Shown in pieces: positions 49,779 to 61,304 of a DNA stretch of 64,000 bases. Source of the stretch: Saprolegnia diclina VS20 (taxonomy: Eukaryota); contig NW_008246070.1 in the NCBI RefSeq assembly GCF_000281045.1, positions 265,781-329,780 on the forward strand, in the 5' to 3' direction. Below the pieces are notes generated by a model that saw only the letters and a list, made by a program, of their open reading frames with translations, was not told the DNA's origin and searched no databases. Positions within the stretch are counted from its first letter, which is position 1; the number at the start of each line of letters is the position of its first letter. The position numbers and the translations under genes are program-made.

Positions 49779-50168
49779 GCTGCCGACCCACGTCGTTGCC
49801 TCAGCATGAGGCCAGAGGAGAGCTTCCCAGCTCCAAGTACGGAGTTCAGCAACCCACAGACTCTGATACTGTCCGAGTACCAGAGCGTGCTGCCCGGCGC
49901 TCGAGCGTTCAAGTTGAAGCGACAAATAACTGCTAACGTTATCGTAGAGGCGCATTGGATTTGAATGGGTCATGGGTCCTGGTTGAGGTAGCTGCACGCT
50001 CGAGCCTCTGAGCTCCGTCGACGACTGCGACCCTCTTCAGTCTGTTGTCAGCGTCGACGCTGCCCATAAGCGGGGCGGCTTGAGTTTGAGTGTGCTTCGA
50101 ATGGATGGTTCAGTTATCCGGCTTGTATCCGGTCGCGCAGCCGACAGCGCCGGCTTCGCCACGGTTCC

Positions 50169-50960
50169 ATGCCATCGCTCCAGCGCGTGCGGCAGCGCGT
50201 GTTCATCATCGTCGTCGCAAGCGCCTTCTTCTTCACCGCGAGCCTCGTCTCTGTCATGCAGAAGCAGTCGTCGGCGCTCTCGTCCTACTACTGCTCGCCC
50301 GCGCAGCTCAGCGCCGTCCGGTCCTTCGCTTACCAGAACGCGACCAACCAGTCGCAGTCGTGCCTCTTGACCGTGCTTGGCCTCCTCGCGCCGACCGCTC
50401 TCGACGTGCAGAACCGCCCGCTCCAAGGCATTGCGACAAGCGCCTTGAACTCGTACTGCACGTCAACGTGCTACGGCCCCATCCAAGCGATGAAGGCGAA
50501 CCTCTTTCCGCCCTGCGACACGATCGTCGATGGCAGCGTGCGCTCAATCGGGTCAATCGCCATGGACCTCTGTCCGCAAGGTGGTAACGTCGCGACGGTC
50601 CCAGTCGCCACGCGGCCGCCCAACCGCACAGGCACCTACTGCAGCTACGGCCAGTACGACAACATGTCGCGGGACCTTGGCCTCAACGACCCGAGCACGC
50701 CGTGCGGCGCGACGGCCAGGAGCGCGCTTGTACCGACGCTCATCACATTCGACATCAACACTATCCCGTTCAGCAACTTGACGTGGTCCATGGTGAATGC
50801 GGTGTGCGTACCGACGTGCGCGACGCTGCTGGCCAAGATGAAGGCGTACACGTACCCCGACTGCGATGGGCTCATCAACCTCGAGACGACGCTCTCACTC
50901 GCCGCGATTGTTCAAAGCATGTGCAATACGACGAGTCCCTACTACCCTAATGCTACTTAA
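50169..50960 (+). CDS. Tandem two-domain elicitin-like protein with N-terminal signal/anchor
   Basis: Two six-Cys repeats (spacing 22-31-3-14-18 and 20-33-3-14-19), each with a P(P/D)CD motif at Cys5 as in elicitins. Confidence 0.65.
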   Translation: MPSLQRVRQRVFIIVVASAFFFTASLVSVMQKQSSALSSYYCSPAQLSAVRSFAYQNATNQSQSCLLTVLGLLAPTALDVQNRPLQGIATSALNSYCTSTCYGPIQAMKANLFPPCDTIVDGSVRSIGSIAMDLCPQGGNVATVPVATRPPNRTGTYCSYGQYDNMSRDLGLNDPSTPCGATARSALVPTLITFDINTIPFSNLTWSMVNAVCVPTCATLLAKMKAYTYPDCDGLINLETTLSLAAIVQSMCNTTSPYYPNAT

Positions 50961-51040
50961 GGGACACCATACTTCGTGGGACCTGCAACAATGACAGACT
51001 GCCAAGGATTAGACCTTTCAAAATTCGACGGACGTCATTT

Positions 51041-51609
51041 CTACTCGCCCTTGTACACGGGCTTGCGCTTCTCGCGAAAGGCTTGGAGCCCTTCGAGGCG
51101 GTCCTTGGTCGGGATCACTTGGGCGTAGCAAGCGCGCTCGATGGCCATGCCGCTCGCTTGGTCAACTTCAATGCCCTTGGTGATGGCCTCCTTGGCCATG
51201 CGGACGCCGATCGGGCCGTTGGGCAGAATCTCCTTGGCGAGGTCCAGCGCCTTGGTCAGCGCTTCGTTCTCGGCCACAGCGTAGTCGACCAGCCCGAGGC
51301 GCTCGGCCGCGATGTTATCAATCTTGCGCGATGTAAAGATGAGCTCTTTCGCCTTGGAGAGGCCGATGAGACGCGGAAGGCGCTGGGTACCCCCCGCGCC
51401 AGGCAAGATCGCGAGGCCCGTCTCCGGCGTACCCAAGAGGGCCTTGGCGCCCGCGATGCGAAAGTCGCACGCCAGCGCCATTTCGAGACCGCCGCCGAGC
51501 GCCGCACCTTCGATCGCGGCAATCGTCGGCATCGGGAGCTGCTCGAGCTCCGTAAAGGCCGACCGAAGGCCAAAGACGGTCGCGGCCGCTTGCTCGGGCG
51601 TCATGGCCA

Positions 51610-51641
<32 letters not shown>

Positions 51642-51892
51642 ACGCGCGGCACCGTGCTCTGCAAGACGACGACGCGGACGCTCGTGTCAAAGCGCACCGA
51701 GTCCATGGCGGCGCGCATCTCGCGCATCATCTGCTGCCCAAGCGCGTTGCGAGCGGCGGGACGGGACATGGTCATGAGCGCGACGCCTTCGAGGTCGCCC
51801 GAGAGGCGCTCGACGACGAACTCGGCCGGCGACGCCAACGTGCTGAAGCGCCCCACGACCAGGCTACGACCGATGACACGACGACCCAACAT
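51041..51892 (-). CDS. AUH: Methylglutaconyl-CoA hydratase (crotonase family), mitochondrial
   Basis: FCAGADLKER, ALGGGLEMALACD, PETGLAILPGAGGTQRLPR, YAQVIPTKDRLEGL. Confidence 0.9.
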
Positions 51893-52315
51893 GATGATGA
51901 CAAAACCGAGCAAATCTGCAATTGGCACGCCACAGTTTTGACACCCGGATACCGTATCCGGAAGTTCAAGTTGTCTGTCGCACGCCAAAGGGCAACTTGC
52001 GCTCCGATCTGAACCGGCATAAGCACACCAGGGTACCGCCTCGCTACGGCGTAGCTGCGACTATTCGTGCAGGAGGGTCGTCGTCTCTTTACTTTGGCAT
52101 ACTTGGCAGACCGCTTCTAAGACCCTTCGAGCTGGAATGGATGGCTGGTGCTTGAGCTCACGCAGCGACGCTGACACGATGTACAGAGCCTGGAAGCGTG
52201 GACAAGTTGTATCGGCGAGCGTGTCTTGCTAGCTGTGATGCCATCGCAGACAATTGTATCACCTGGGATGCGATGAAACCGGCGATGTATAATTAATCCC
52301 AACACCACCGGCCTG

Positions 52316-54562
52316 ATGGCCAAGGTATCGCCGCACAACGACGAGCGGTTGAGTCCGATGAAGCAGTTCTCACTGCGCCTCGACGACGAAGTACGTTATG
52401 AGACGCCGCGCGTGCGCCAAGACGTCGCACCGCCGGTCGCAAAAGTGCCAGTGTCGCTCGACGGCTTCCTCCTCCTCGACACGTGCCGTGGTATCGCGTC
52501 GTCAAGCCCACTCAGATCTTATTTCATCTACGATCCTAGTCGAGTTTCCCGAGGAGGCATCGCGCGCCGACGTGAACGGACTCAACATCACGGCCGTCGT
52601 CTCGGACGACCTCCAGTACTTCACCAACCTCCTCTTCCTCGACATGAGCGACAACCAAGTCTCTTGCACTATACTCACACATACAATATCGAACTCAAAC
52701 GACGGCGACGCTAGGCACCACTGGAGCCGCTCGGCGCCTTCCCCGTGCTCAAGGAGCTCGATTTCCAGTGCAACGCGCTGCACAAAATCGACAACCTCAC
52801 GGGCTTTGAGTGCTTGGAGGTACGATAACGTAGACGCAATGATACGACTACTCAGACGCACAACCAGTGGCTCAATCTGTCGTTCAACTGCCTCGTGAGC
52901 AAGGACGTCGAAGAGCTCTCCAAGCTACCCAAGCTGCGCGAACTCTACTTGGCGAGCAATTGGATCACATCGGTGCCGCCCATCATGGTACCATCTCCTT
53001 GCTTTGCCGTCATTTGACGTCTTGCTCAGGACCGGTTCACGCGGCTCGAGACGCTGTCGCTCGAGCGCAACAACATTCATGGCACGGGCATCTTCCTTCT
53101 CCTCGCGGTCGTGCCGCGCTTGAAGAACCTCAATCTGAGCCACAACAAGATCTCCGAGTTCCCCGAGGTCGTACACGCTTGCAGCACATGGCGTTGGTTC
53201 TCAAGGAGCGTGTGGATAGAGCGCCTTGGCACTCGGGGACAAGCAAGGCGCCGGCTTCTACCACCTCGCCTACCTCAACCTCTCCCACAACAAGATCGTC
53301 AGCGAAGACGGTGCGCGTCCTGCCATCGCACTGAAGCACACGCGTTGCGCTAGACATCAGGGCCCTCACGCAGCTGCGCGTTCTCTCGCAACTCGTCCTC
53401 TATGGCAACCCGCTCGCCCACGCGGCTGTCCAGACCCAAGGTGCCCCTCCGCGATTGTGGACACGTTGTCATCTTGCACTAGACAAGACCAAGCTCGTGT
53501 ACAACCCGGTGCCGATCATGAGCGAGTGTGACGGACGCGAGGTGGAGCTCAACATTGTCATCGCGTACCCAGAGACAAAGCGCAAGAAGCCGTCGTACAA
53601 GAACGTTAGCATCGCGCGCGTCAAGCAGGACTTGCTTCCGACGACGGCCGAGTTCAAAGCCAAAGGCAAGCGCGCCCTCTTCGCTGACCCTGCGCCGCGG
53701 CCCGAACTCGCGACCATCTTTCCGCCGCGCGTATGACGACACTTGCTGTGTGGATCCACGACAGGTTGTTCATAGCAACCACTGCGGCAGCACGACGAAG
53801 AGGCACCGGAGGCGGTGGCCGAGCCAGGTAGAGCGCAAACGACGCGGACGACGACGAGCCCACAGCGCGACGTAGACATGACCTTCTTGACGGGCGTCGG
53901 TCTCGAGACCAGCGGACCGCAATCGACCAAGGCGCGCCGACGCAAGGTCGAAATACCGTTCGAAAATGATGCATCGAGGAATGAACAGCGCGCGTAGGAC
54001 CCGGGTGCGGTGCAGAACGACGTCCCGTCCTACTTTTTAGCGCGGTCGTTGGCCCCCAACTCAGAGGTGCAAGCCCACCGCGATACGCTAGGTAGAACCA
54101 TGCTGCGTAGTCGCAACAAGTCAAGCTCAAGACGGCGATGGCCAACTTGCGCTACCAACTGACGCACCCGCTCACATCGCACAACGACGAGCGCCTCAAC
54201 GACGACGTCTCGGCCGTGCGCCCCACCGCCGTCCACAAGGTACTACCACACCGTTGGTCGCTGCGGCCATCGCCAAATGACGTAGCTTCGGCAACGGAAA
54301 AAGTTTGGGCAAGCGCCACGGGGGCGCTTTGGTACATCATCTTCGGCGTCGGAGGTAGAGACCATGGACTTGTTGCGTAGCGTTGGCTTCGATCGACCAA
54401 GCCATCGACGACGTCAACGCCCGTTTGCACAACCGCGGTGCGCTCTCTCTCACCGACGTGTCCGACATGTTTGCCGTCGTAGTGGACGTGCTCGACGAAG
54501 GCGACACGTCGCTCAACCACCTCGTGCGGCAAGCGCAGCGCATGACGCGGAAACAGCCATGA
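52316..54562 (+). CDS. Leucine-rich repeat protein, XRRA1-like (many introns)
   Basis: LDGFLLL, multiple LxxLxLxxN repeats, LYGNPL, ANLRYQLTHPL. Confidence 0.7.
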
Positions 54563-54705
54563 GTGTCGAGCATATTTAAACCTCGTGCTAAATGGAATAC
54601 CAAACTTATACACCCTACAAGACTAGGAAACACACAGAAGGGGTAGGGTATATGTGGAAGTAGTTAAAGTAGTGAATAGCAGCCGCCACTGCATCGTGTC
54701 TATCA

Positions 54706-56166
54706 TTACGTCGACGCGTAGTGCAAGATGCGGTAGAGGAGGACGCGACCGCGCGCGTTGGCTACCGCAAAGTACCCGCTGCTGGGCGAAAACTCGAACG
54801 TCGAGATGTAGTGCAGCGGCGTCTTGACCGTCGGCCAGTTGCCAAAGACAGTTGCGGACGGGAGGTGCACCATCTTGAGCGCGTCCTTGGTTTCGCGCGA
54901 CGCCATGGCGAGGATCTGCGAGTCGCTGTTGAACTTGAGCGACGAAATACCGGTCGTGAGCTGCATGAGCGACTTCATCGGCTTGGGCGTCTTGCCGTGC
55001 ACGAGCTTGTCGGCCTCATAAATATTGACGACGCCCGAGTCGGCGCCGACCGCGAGGAACTTGCCGTCGCCGCTGGCCGCGATCGCGCCGTTCCCGAGAC
55101 TACCTTCGTCCTTGACGCGGTAGAGGCACTTGCGCATGCGGAGATCCCACTTGTAAATGTCGCCGTCGCTGCCCGTGCTCACGAGGTAGTTGTCGTCGGC
55201 GCAAAATGCGGCCGCGCGCACCGACCCCGTCATCTTGAGGTTCCCGATAAAGTCGTGCGACCGCTCCGAGAGGAGCGAGATCATGCCTTCATCGCCGAGC
55301 ATCGCAATGGTCTCGCGGCCCGAGACAAACGAAGTCCACTTGGTCTCGTGGCGGCTGCGCACGCGCGGAATGCGGTTCACGTGCCCGCCCTCAATGTCGT
55401 AGACGTAAAACTGCGGCCGCGGGCCGGTCATGACGACGCGCTTGCCGTCGTGCGAGAACTGCGCGCACGAGATCGGCATGTCCTTGAGGTAGATGCTCTC
55501 AATCTTCGGGTTCTCCGCGCCGTCGATCTGGAAGAGACGCAGCGTCTTGTCGAGGCCGGCCGTCAACATCAGCTGTCCGTTGGCGTGGAACTGCACCGAC
55601 TGCACGACGGCGTTCGACGGGCTTTGCTTGTTGGCGTCCTTCATGCGCGTGACCGCGAGCGTCGTCGGGCTGAGCACGTCGCCGCCGCCCGTGCCGAGCA
55701 AGCTGGCAGCGCCCGCAAAGAGGTCTTCTTCGTCGTCGCTGTCGTCGTCACCACGCGCCGCCTTCTTCTTCTTGTCAAGTGCATCGAGATCAGCCCACGA
55801 CGCGGCCGAGCGGCCCGACTTGAACCTACACGCAACAGCATGAGCAATCATGTCATATCGCTGATGCCAGCACGTACTGCTTCTTGAGACGCTCCTGGTA
55901 GACGTCGCCCGACACCTGCGTCTCGTCCTCGGTCTTGCGCAGCTTCTTGAGGCGCGATTCGAGGTTCACGACCACGTCGTCATCGTCTTCGTCGACCCAC
56001 GCTGCCTGACGTTGGACGGGCGTCGGCGACGCGGGCGCAGGGCGCTTGGCCGTCTCGGCAGTCTGGAAGAGCTGCTCGTGCAGAGCGACTTCTTCTACAG
56101 CGAGCCTTAGCATCCTGCATGCGATGGCGGCGACGTACCATGCGACGGAAGCGTATCGGAGGACAT
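54706..56166 (-). CDS. UTP18: U3 snoRNA-associated protein 18 (WD40; spliced)
   Basis: AAWVDEDD, MKDANKQ, LRLFQIDG, VHLPSATVFGNWP, GRVLLYRILHY. Confidence 0.9.
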
Positions 56167-56441
56167 GATGGCACGATCTAATATACCTTCAACTGCTCCT
56201 GACCAATTAAGGGCTTGGTTCGTACGCGACGATCGAGCGCGCTCATTGGCTAAAAAGCATCGACATTGCGGTGCTGATTGGCGGAAATCGCTATGCTAAG
56301 CGCCAGGCCATTGGTCCGTGCGGTCCAATGGTGTCCGAACCGACAACAATGGCATGCGTTTCGCAGACAATATGTACACTTCTCTACCATACACAGGTAT
56401 GTATTAAAAACGTTGCGACCAGCGCAGCGGGCCAAGCTGTC

Positions 56442-58728
56442 TTATGCCAGGTAGCGGTACGTCGTCGCCGACTCGGGGTCGCGCTCGAGGTATTCGCGGT
56501 CGATGAGCGCCTCGATGCGGCGCTTGATGAGCTTGGGGACCGGCTTGAAAAAGGCGAGCTGCGAGAGCACCTCCGAGACCAGTTGCTGGTGCTGCAGCGT
56601 CTTGCGCGCCTTCATGATGCGCACAATGGCCGCCTCGATCGCGATCGAACGGTCCTCCTCGACGTGCTTGGGGTTGTGGCTTTCTTCGAGCGACGCCATG
56701 GGCACGCGCACCTTGCGCATCGGCGACGCAAACGAGAGGTTGAGCGCAAACGTGTCCGTGATCGCAATGTTCTTGCTCATCGGCGTCTTCGTGAGCAGCT
56801 TGTACTTGCCGCACGAGAGCGAGTGCAAAATGCGCTTCACCACGTCCTCCGAGAGGTTGAGCGACTCGCGGAGGTGCTCAAACGTAAACGCCTCCGTGTC
56901 GCTCGCGTTGAAGAGGAGGAGCGCGACGGCTTGGAGCGTCGTCACTTGCAAGTCGTACCACTTGTTCTTCGGGAACGTCGCGCGGACGGTCGCATTCCCG
57001 AGCGAGTGGACCCACTGCAGGCGGCGATGGCTCGTCTTCGAGTCGTAGTACATCTTGAAGAGCGACATGTAGCGCACCATTTGCGGCGGCAAGCTAATGT
57101 CCAAGGGCGTGTACGACGGCCAATGGCCGGTCGTGAGCACTTGGACGCCAAACTCAATGACGGCGCCCGACGGCGGGTTCTTCTTCATGAACGCATCAAA
57201 CTCGGTCTGGTGGTCGCCGCCAATCGCCAAGTCGTTGAGCATGCCCTCCATCTTGGAGGTAAACTGCGCGCCACAGCACATCTTGAGCTTCGAGATCATC
57301 GAGATCTCGGCATCGTCCGACGACGAGCGCTGGTTCAAGAGGCGCTTGGCGAGCTGGTTGCGGTAGATCTCGGCAAAGAGGTCCTTGTCCGTCAAGTACG
57401 AAAAGACGCTCACAATCTTGACCAAGTACTCCTCGACCTGGTCGTCGCTGAGCTTTTCGCCGCCCGACTTGAGAATGCGGTCGCAGAACGTGCTCATGAG
57501 CTTGGCCGAGCAGTCCTTCCCCACGTCCTTGTTGACAAACTCGACAAAGGCCTCCTTGAGGGCCTTCTGGAAGAGCGAGTTGCCGCCAAACTGCTCCTGG
57601 ACCACGAGCTTGTACTTGTCGTGGAGCGCGAGAATGTCCTTGATAAAGGTCGGGTCCGACGACGGGTCCTTGATGTTGTCGCTCGCAATCGCTGCCGTAC
57701 GACGCTCGACGATCTCATTGCCAACGGTCTCAATGTGGCGGCGGACCAGCGTGGCGATCGGCGCGAGGCCTTCGGGTACGCGCGAGAAGAGACGGTACAT
57801 GCGCGAGAGGTCTTCCGACTTGTCGTTCTGGAGCAGCGCAATGCAGCCTATGCAGATGCGTTGGGTGAGATGACATGGTGCAGAAAGGGGGTTTTATACC
57901 CGAGTTTTCGCGCTCGAGAAGGGTCTTCTGATGCTTCTCGAGGAGCTCAATCTCGAGCGCCCGGAGGAGCTTCGCTTCCGTCGTTGAGTGCATGTAGCGC
58001 GCGACGCGGCTCGACTCGCTCTTGAGGCAATCCTCCGTCTTGATCATGTACGCCGGCGTCGAGTCGCCTTCCAGCCACGTCTGCGCTTTCGTCGCGTAGT
58101 AGGCCGTACTGCGCTTGATAAAGGGCTCTTCAAAGTCCGTGACGTACACGTCGAGCGTGCCCATGCCCATGGTCTCAAAGACCTCAATGCAGTTGCGGAG
58201 GAGCGTCGTGTCGACAATCTCGCCCTCGCGCTCCTTCTCAACGAGCTCGAGCATCGCGTCGACCACGTCCTTCTTGATGCCCTCAAAGACCACCGACTTG
58301 AACGCGTTGAGGCCCGACTCGGCGAGCGTCGGCAGCGCGTTGTGCTTGACGTAGTAGCGGTCGAGGTACATGAAGAACTTGGACATCCACTTGTTCATGA
58401 GCTTGTGGTTCTGCCAGCGACGGTGCAGCTCGTTGAGTAGGAACTCGTCGTGCTGGTTCTGGAGCTCCGGGAGCACCTTCTGGCGGAGGTACTCGGTAAA
58501 GGTCTCGCCATGGCGCGTGTAGAGCTGCGCCGACCAGTTGTACGGCGTCCGCTGCGTGCACATGTCGTAGCAGATCGTGTAGATGGGCATGTACGACTGC
58601 GGCGGGAACGGACAGGCCGCGACCTTGTCGAAGCCCTTGTCGAGGATGTCGAGGAGGATGTCGATACCCTTGGGCTTGATCTGCTCCTTCCAGCCCTGCT
58701 CGAGCTCGATCAGCGGCTTGCTCGCCAT
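56442..58728 (-). CDS. CUL1: Cullin-1-like scaffold (one intron)
   Basis: YDMCTQRTP, FMYLDRYYV, DKDLFAEIYR, QFTSKMEGM, neddylation motif IVRIMKARK, C-terminal YRYLA. Confidence 0.93.
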
Positions 58729-59514
58729 GGCTTCGTGATGGGAGGTTGAGGGAAGTTGACACTGGCCAGCCCACGCGAGGACCTTCCGGATACCCGGCCG
58801 TAGTTCTTTTTTGAGCCACATACAAACACCAAGCTGCAACCCGACCGACCTTGCTCGCCGCCACTCCGTATCCGGATGCGCTGTGAGTGATTGTCGGATT
58901 GCTCGCTCGTCCCAGCTTCGCTTCGAGGCGCACAAGCCCAAGCCCAAGCCGCGGACAGCAGGCAGTGCTACCAGTTCTGGGGCTCTACGCGCATATGGCT
59001 GCTTTGCTCTGCAGCCTTTGCTAATACTCTGGCATTCTTATACGCAGTGCTGGCGGGCGGACAGTGCATGTGCTTGGCTCGCATTGCTTCCTGCACCGAC
59101 GAGCTTGCAAGCTACGGAATGAATATAGCTGCTCGATAGCTAAATGGTAGCTAGCCTACTAGCCACCTGCGAGTCCGAGACTGCTCGTAGTACCGTCGAC
59201 CTGCAGCGCTAGCTCCACTAGCCAACACCATTTGGCTTGTGTGCTGGTGCGCGAGAGATGCGGCAACGGAGTACGACGGCGAGAGAGCTCTGACTCGTCG
59301 CCGTACGTCTTTAGCTGGGAGAGAGTTGGTTCATCGAGACTCTATCAATGTATCACGTGGCGCGACCGGCTGGCCTTTTTGCGATCTTCGGGGGTGGCGG
59401 CTCCAAAGTCCGAAACTAATGTGTTAAAAAGGACTTGCCTAATTAGGTAGCAGCTGGCCGTGAGCGTGCTGTCTTCCAAAGCACAAGAGTCAGCACTGTC
59501 GCGACGACGACACG

Positions 59515-61086
59515 ATGGCGGGCTTGAACCTGGACCAATTGACGATGGAGCTGCTGCCGGAAGATGACGATCTGCTGAGTTACTTCCTCTCGTCAGACGT
59601 CGCTACAGAGGAGCGTATCGGCGACCTCTCGCTCAACCCGTCGGGCGTGGCCATGGACCACGCGGCCTTGGGCCGCTCCGACGCTGGCGCGGCCTCGGCA
59701 TACGGCTACGGCAGCTCGATTCACGGCGACCAGCCGTCGTCCTTCCGGTCCCACCACCCGTCGTCCAACATGGACACGGCGAGCACGGCCTCGGGCGACT
59801 ATGATGGCCCGGACTCGCCTACCGGCGGCGACAACGACCTCGACACTGACGACGACAAGCGCCAGCGCCGGTATGCTTGCGCGAGATGCAGTTGCATAGC
59901 AACGTCACGTGCCCATGTAGGCTGGCTCGGAACCGCGAGTCGGCGCGCCAAAGCCGCCGTCGCAAGAAACAGTACTTGGAGCTATTGGAAGAGAAGGTTT
60001 TTCTTGCTGCTGCTGCGTTGGCGCCGAGTGGCTGACGCGCATGATCGTAATGTAGGTAGCGCAGCTCACGGAGGAGATCGACGCGACGCGTGGCGAGCAC
60101 TTGGAGTCGGCCGACAAGACGCTCTCGACGCTCAAGTCGCAGATGGTCTTGTCGCTCTACGAAAAGCTGTCGTCGCTACCGCCCATGGCGTCGCTGGTAC
60201 GTCCCTGCGCCATCCTACACGATAGACGAACCAACAAGCATGTAGGGACCCGAGCTCACGGACGAGTTGCGCAGCGGTGTCAAGATCATGCAGGAGCGCT
60301 ACGGCCCGCACTCGGAGGTACGGGCAATCATGCTAGTCGGTGGCGATGCGCAACATGGCACTAGGAACGCCGCGCCGTTGTCAACTACCATTTCCAGCAG
60401 CTCGACAACCTGCTCCTTCCGCCCTACACGCGCTTCCTTCTCTGGATGAGCATCCAAGTACACGCTATCTCATGCCAACGTTGCGCCGCTCACGGGCCAG
60501 TGTAGGACGAGGCGTTCTTCTCCAAGATCCAGCCGGCGGTGGCAGCGGCGACCAAAAAGTCGTCGGAGAGCGACCGCAAGGACAGCAGCGCCAAGAAGGA
60601 CACGCTCTGGGCCGCGCTCTCGTCCGAACTCGGCATGACGTACGAGCAAGAAGAGAAGATCAAGAGCCACTACAAGTACACCGCTCGCAATGAATCGGTC
60701 TCTAGGATGGTCTCTGTAGGTCGACCGACTCGAAGACGGCCAAGGCCGAGCGGCGCAAGATCGCCATGGCAGTGACGTATCTGAACCAGCTCAAGCAAAA
60801 CATGGAGGAGCGGTCGGCCGCGGTGCAGACGCACGCGAACGCGATCTCGTCCATCTTGACGCCGGAGCAGTCGATCCGGTACCAGCAGTGGGTGTCGCAG
60901 AACCGGGACAAGTACCGCGCGTCGCTGAAAGAGAAGAGCGTGCACTTTGCGAACGCGCCGACCGTCGACCCGGACGGGAAGATCTCGACCATTCTGCGCA
61001 AGCCGGACCAGGACCTCACGGTCGAAGACGTCACGGTGCTGCTCTCGACGCTCTCCAAGCAGCATGCTACGCAGCAGGATGCATGA
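59515..61086 (+). CDS. bZIP transcription factor (spliced)
   Basis: Spliced basic region KRQRRLARNRESARQSRRRKKQYLELLEEKVAQLTEEI with canonical Asn/Arg. Confidence 0.9.
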
Positions 61087-61304
61087 AGACGACATGTAGC
61101 TAGTAGTTTCTCAATCGGCAAAAATCTGTATCTGCTTGGACAATTACGGATCATGACCAGCATCGTCAGGATGCTTTCAGTTGATGGGACCGTCGTGGCA
61201 CCCCCTTTTCTCACGGAATGGCCGTTTTCCGCGTCAAATCTCGTGCGGAGAAGAAGGTCGTTTCGGCAGGAGCGGTCCAGAGCCGAATTTAGACGACGCC
61301 CAAC

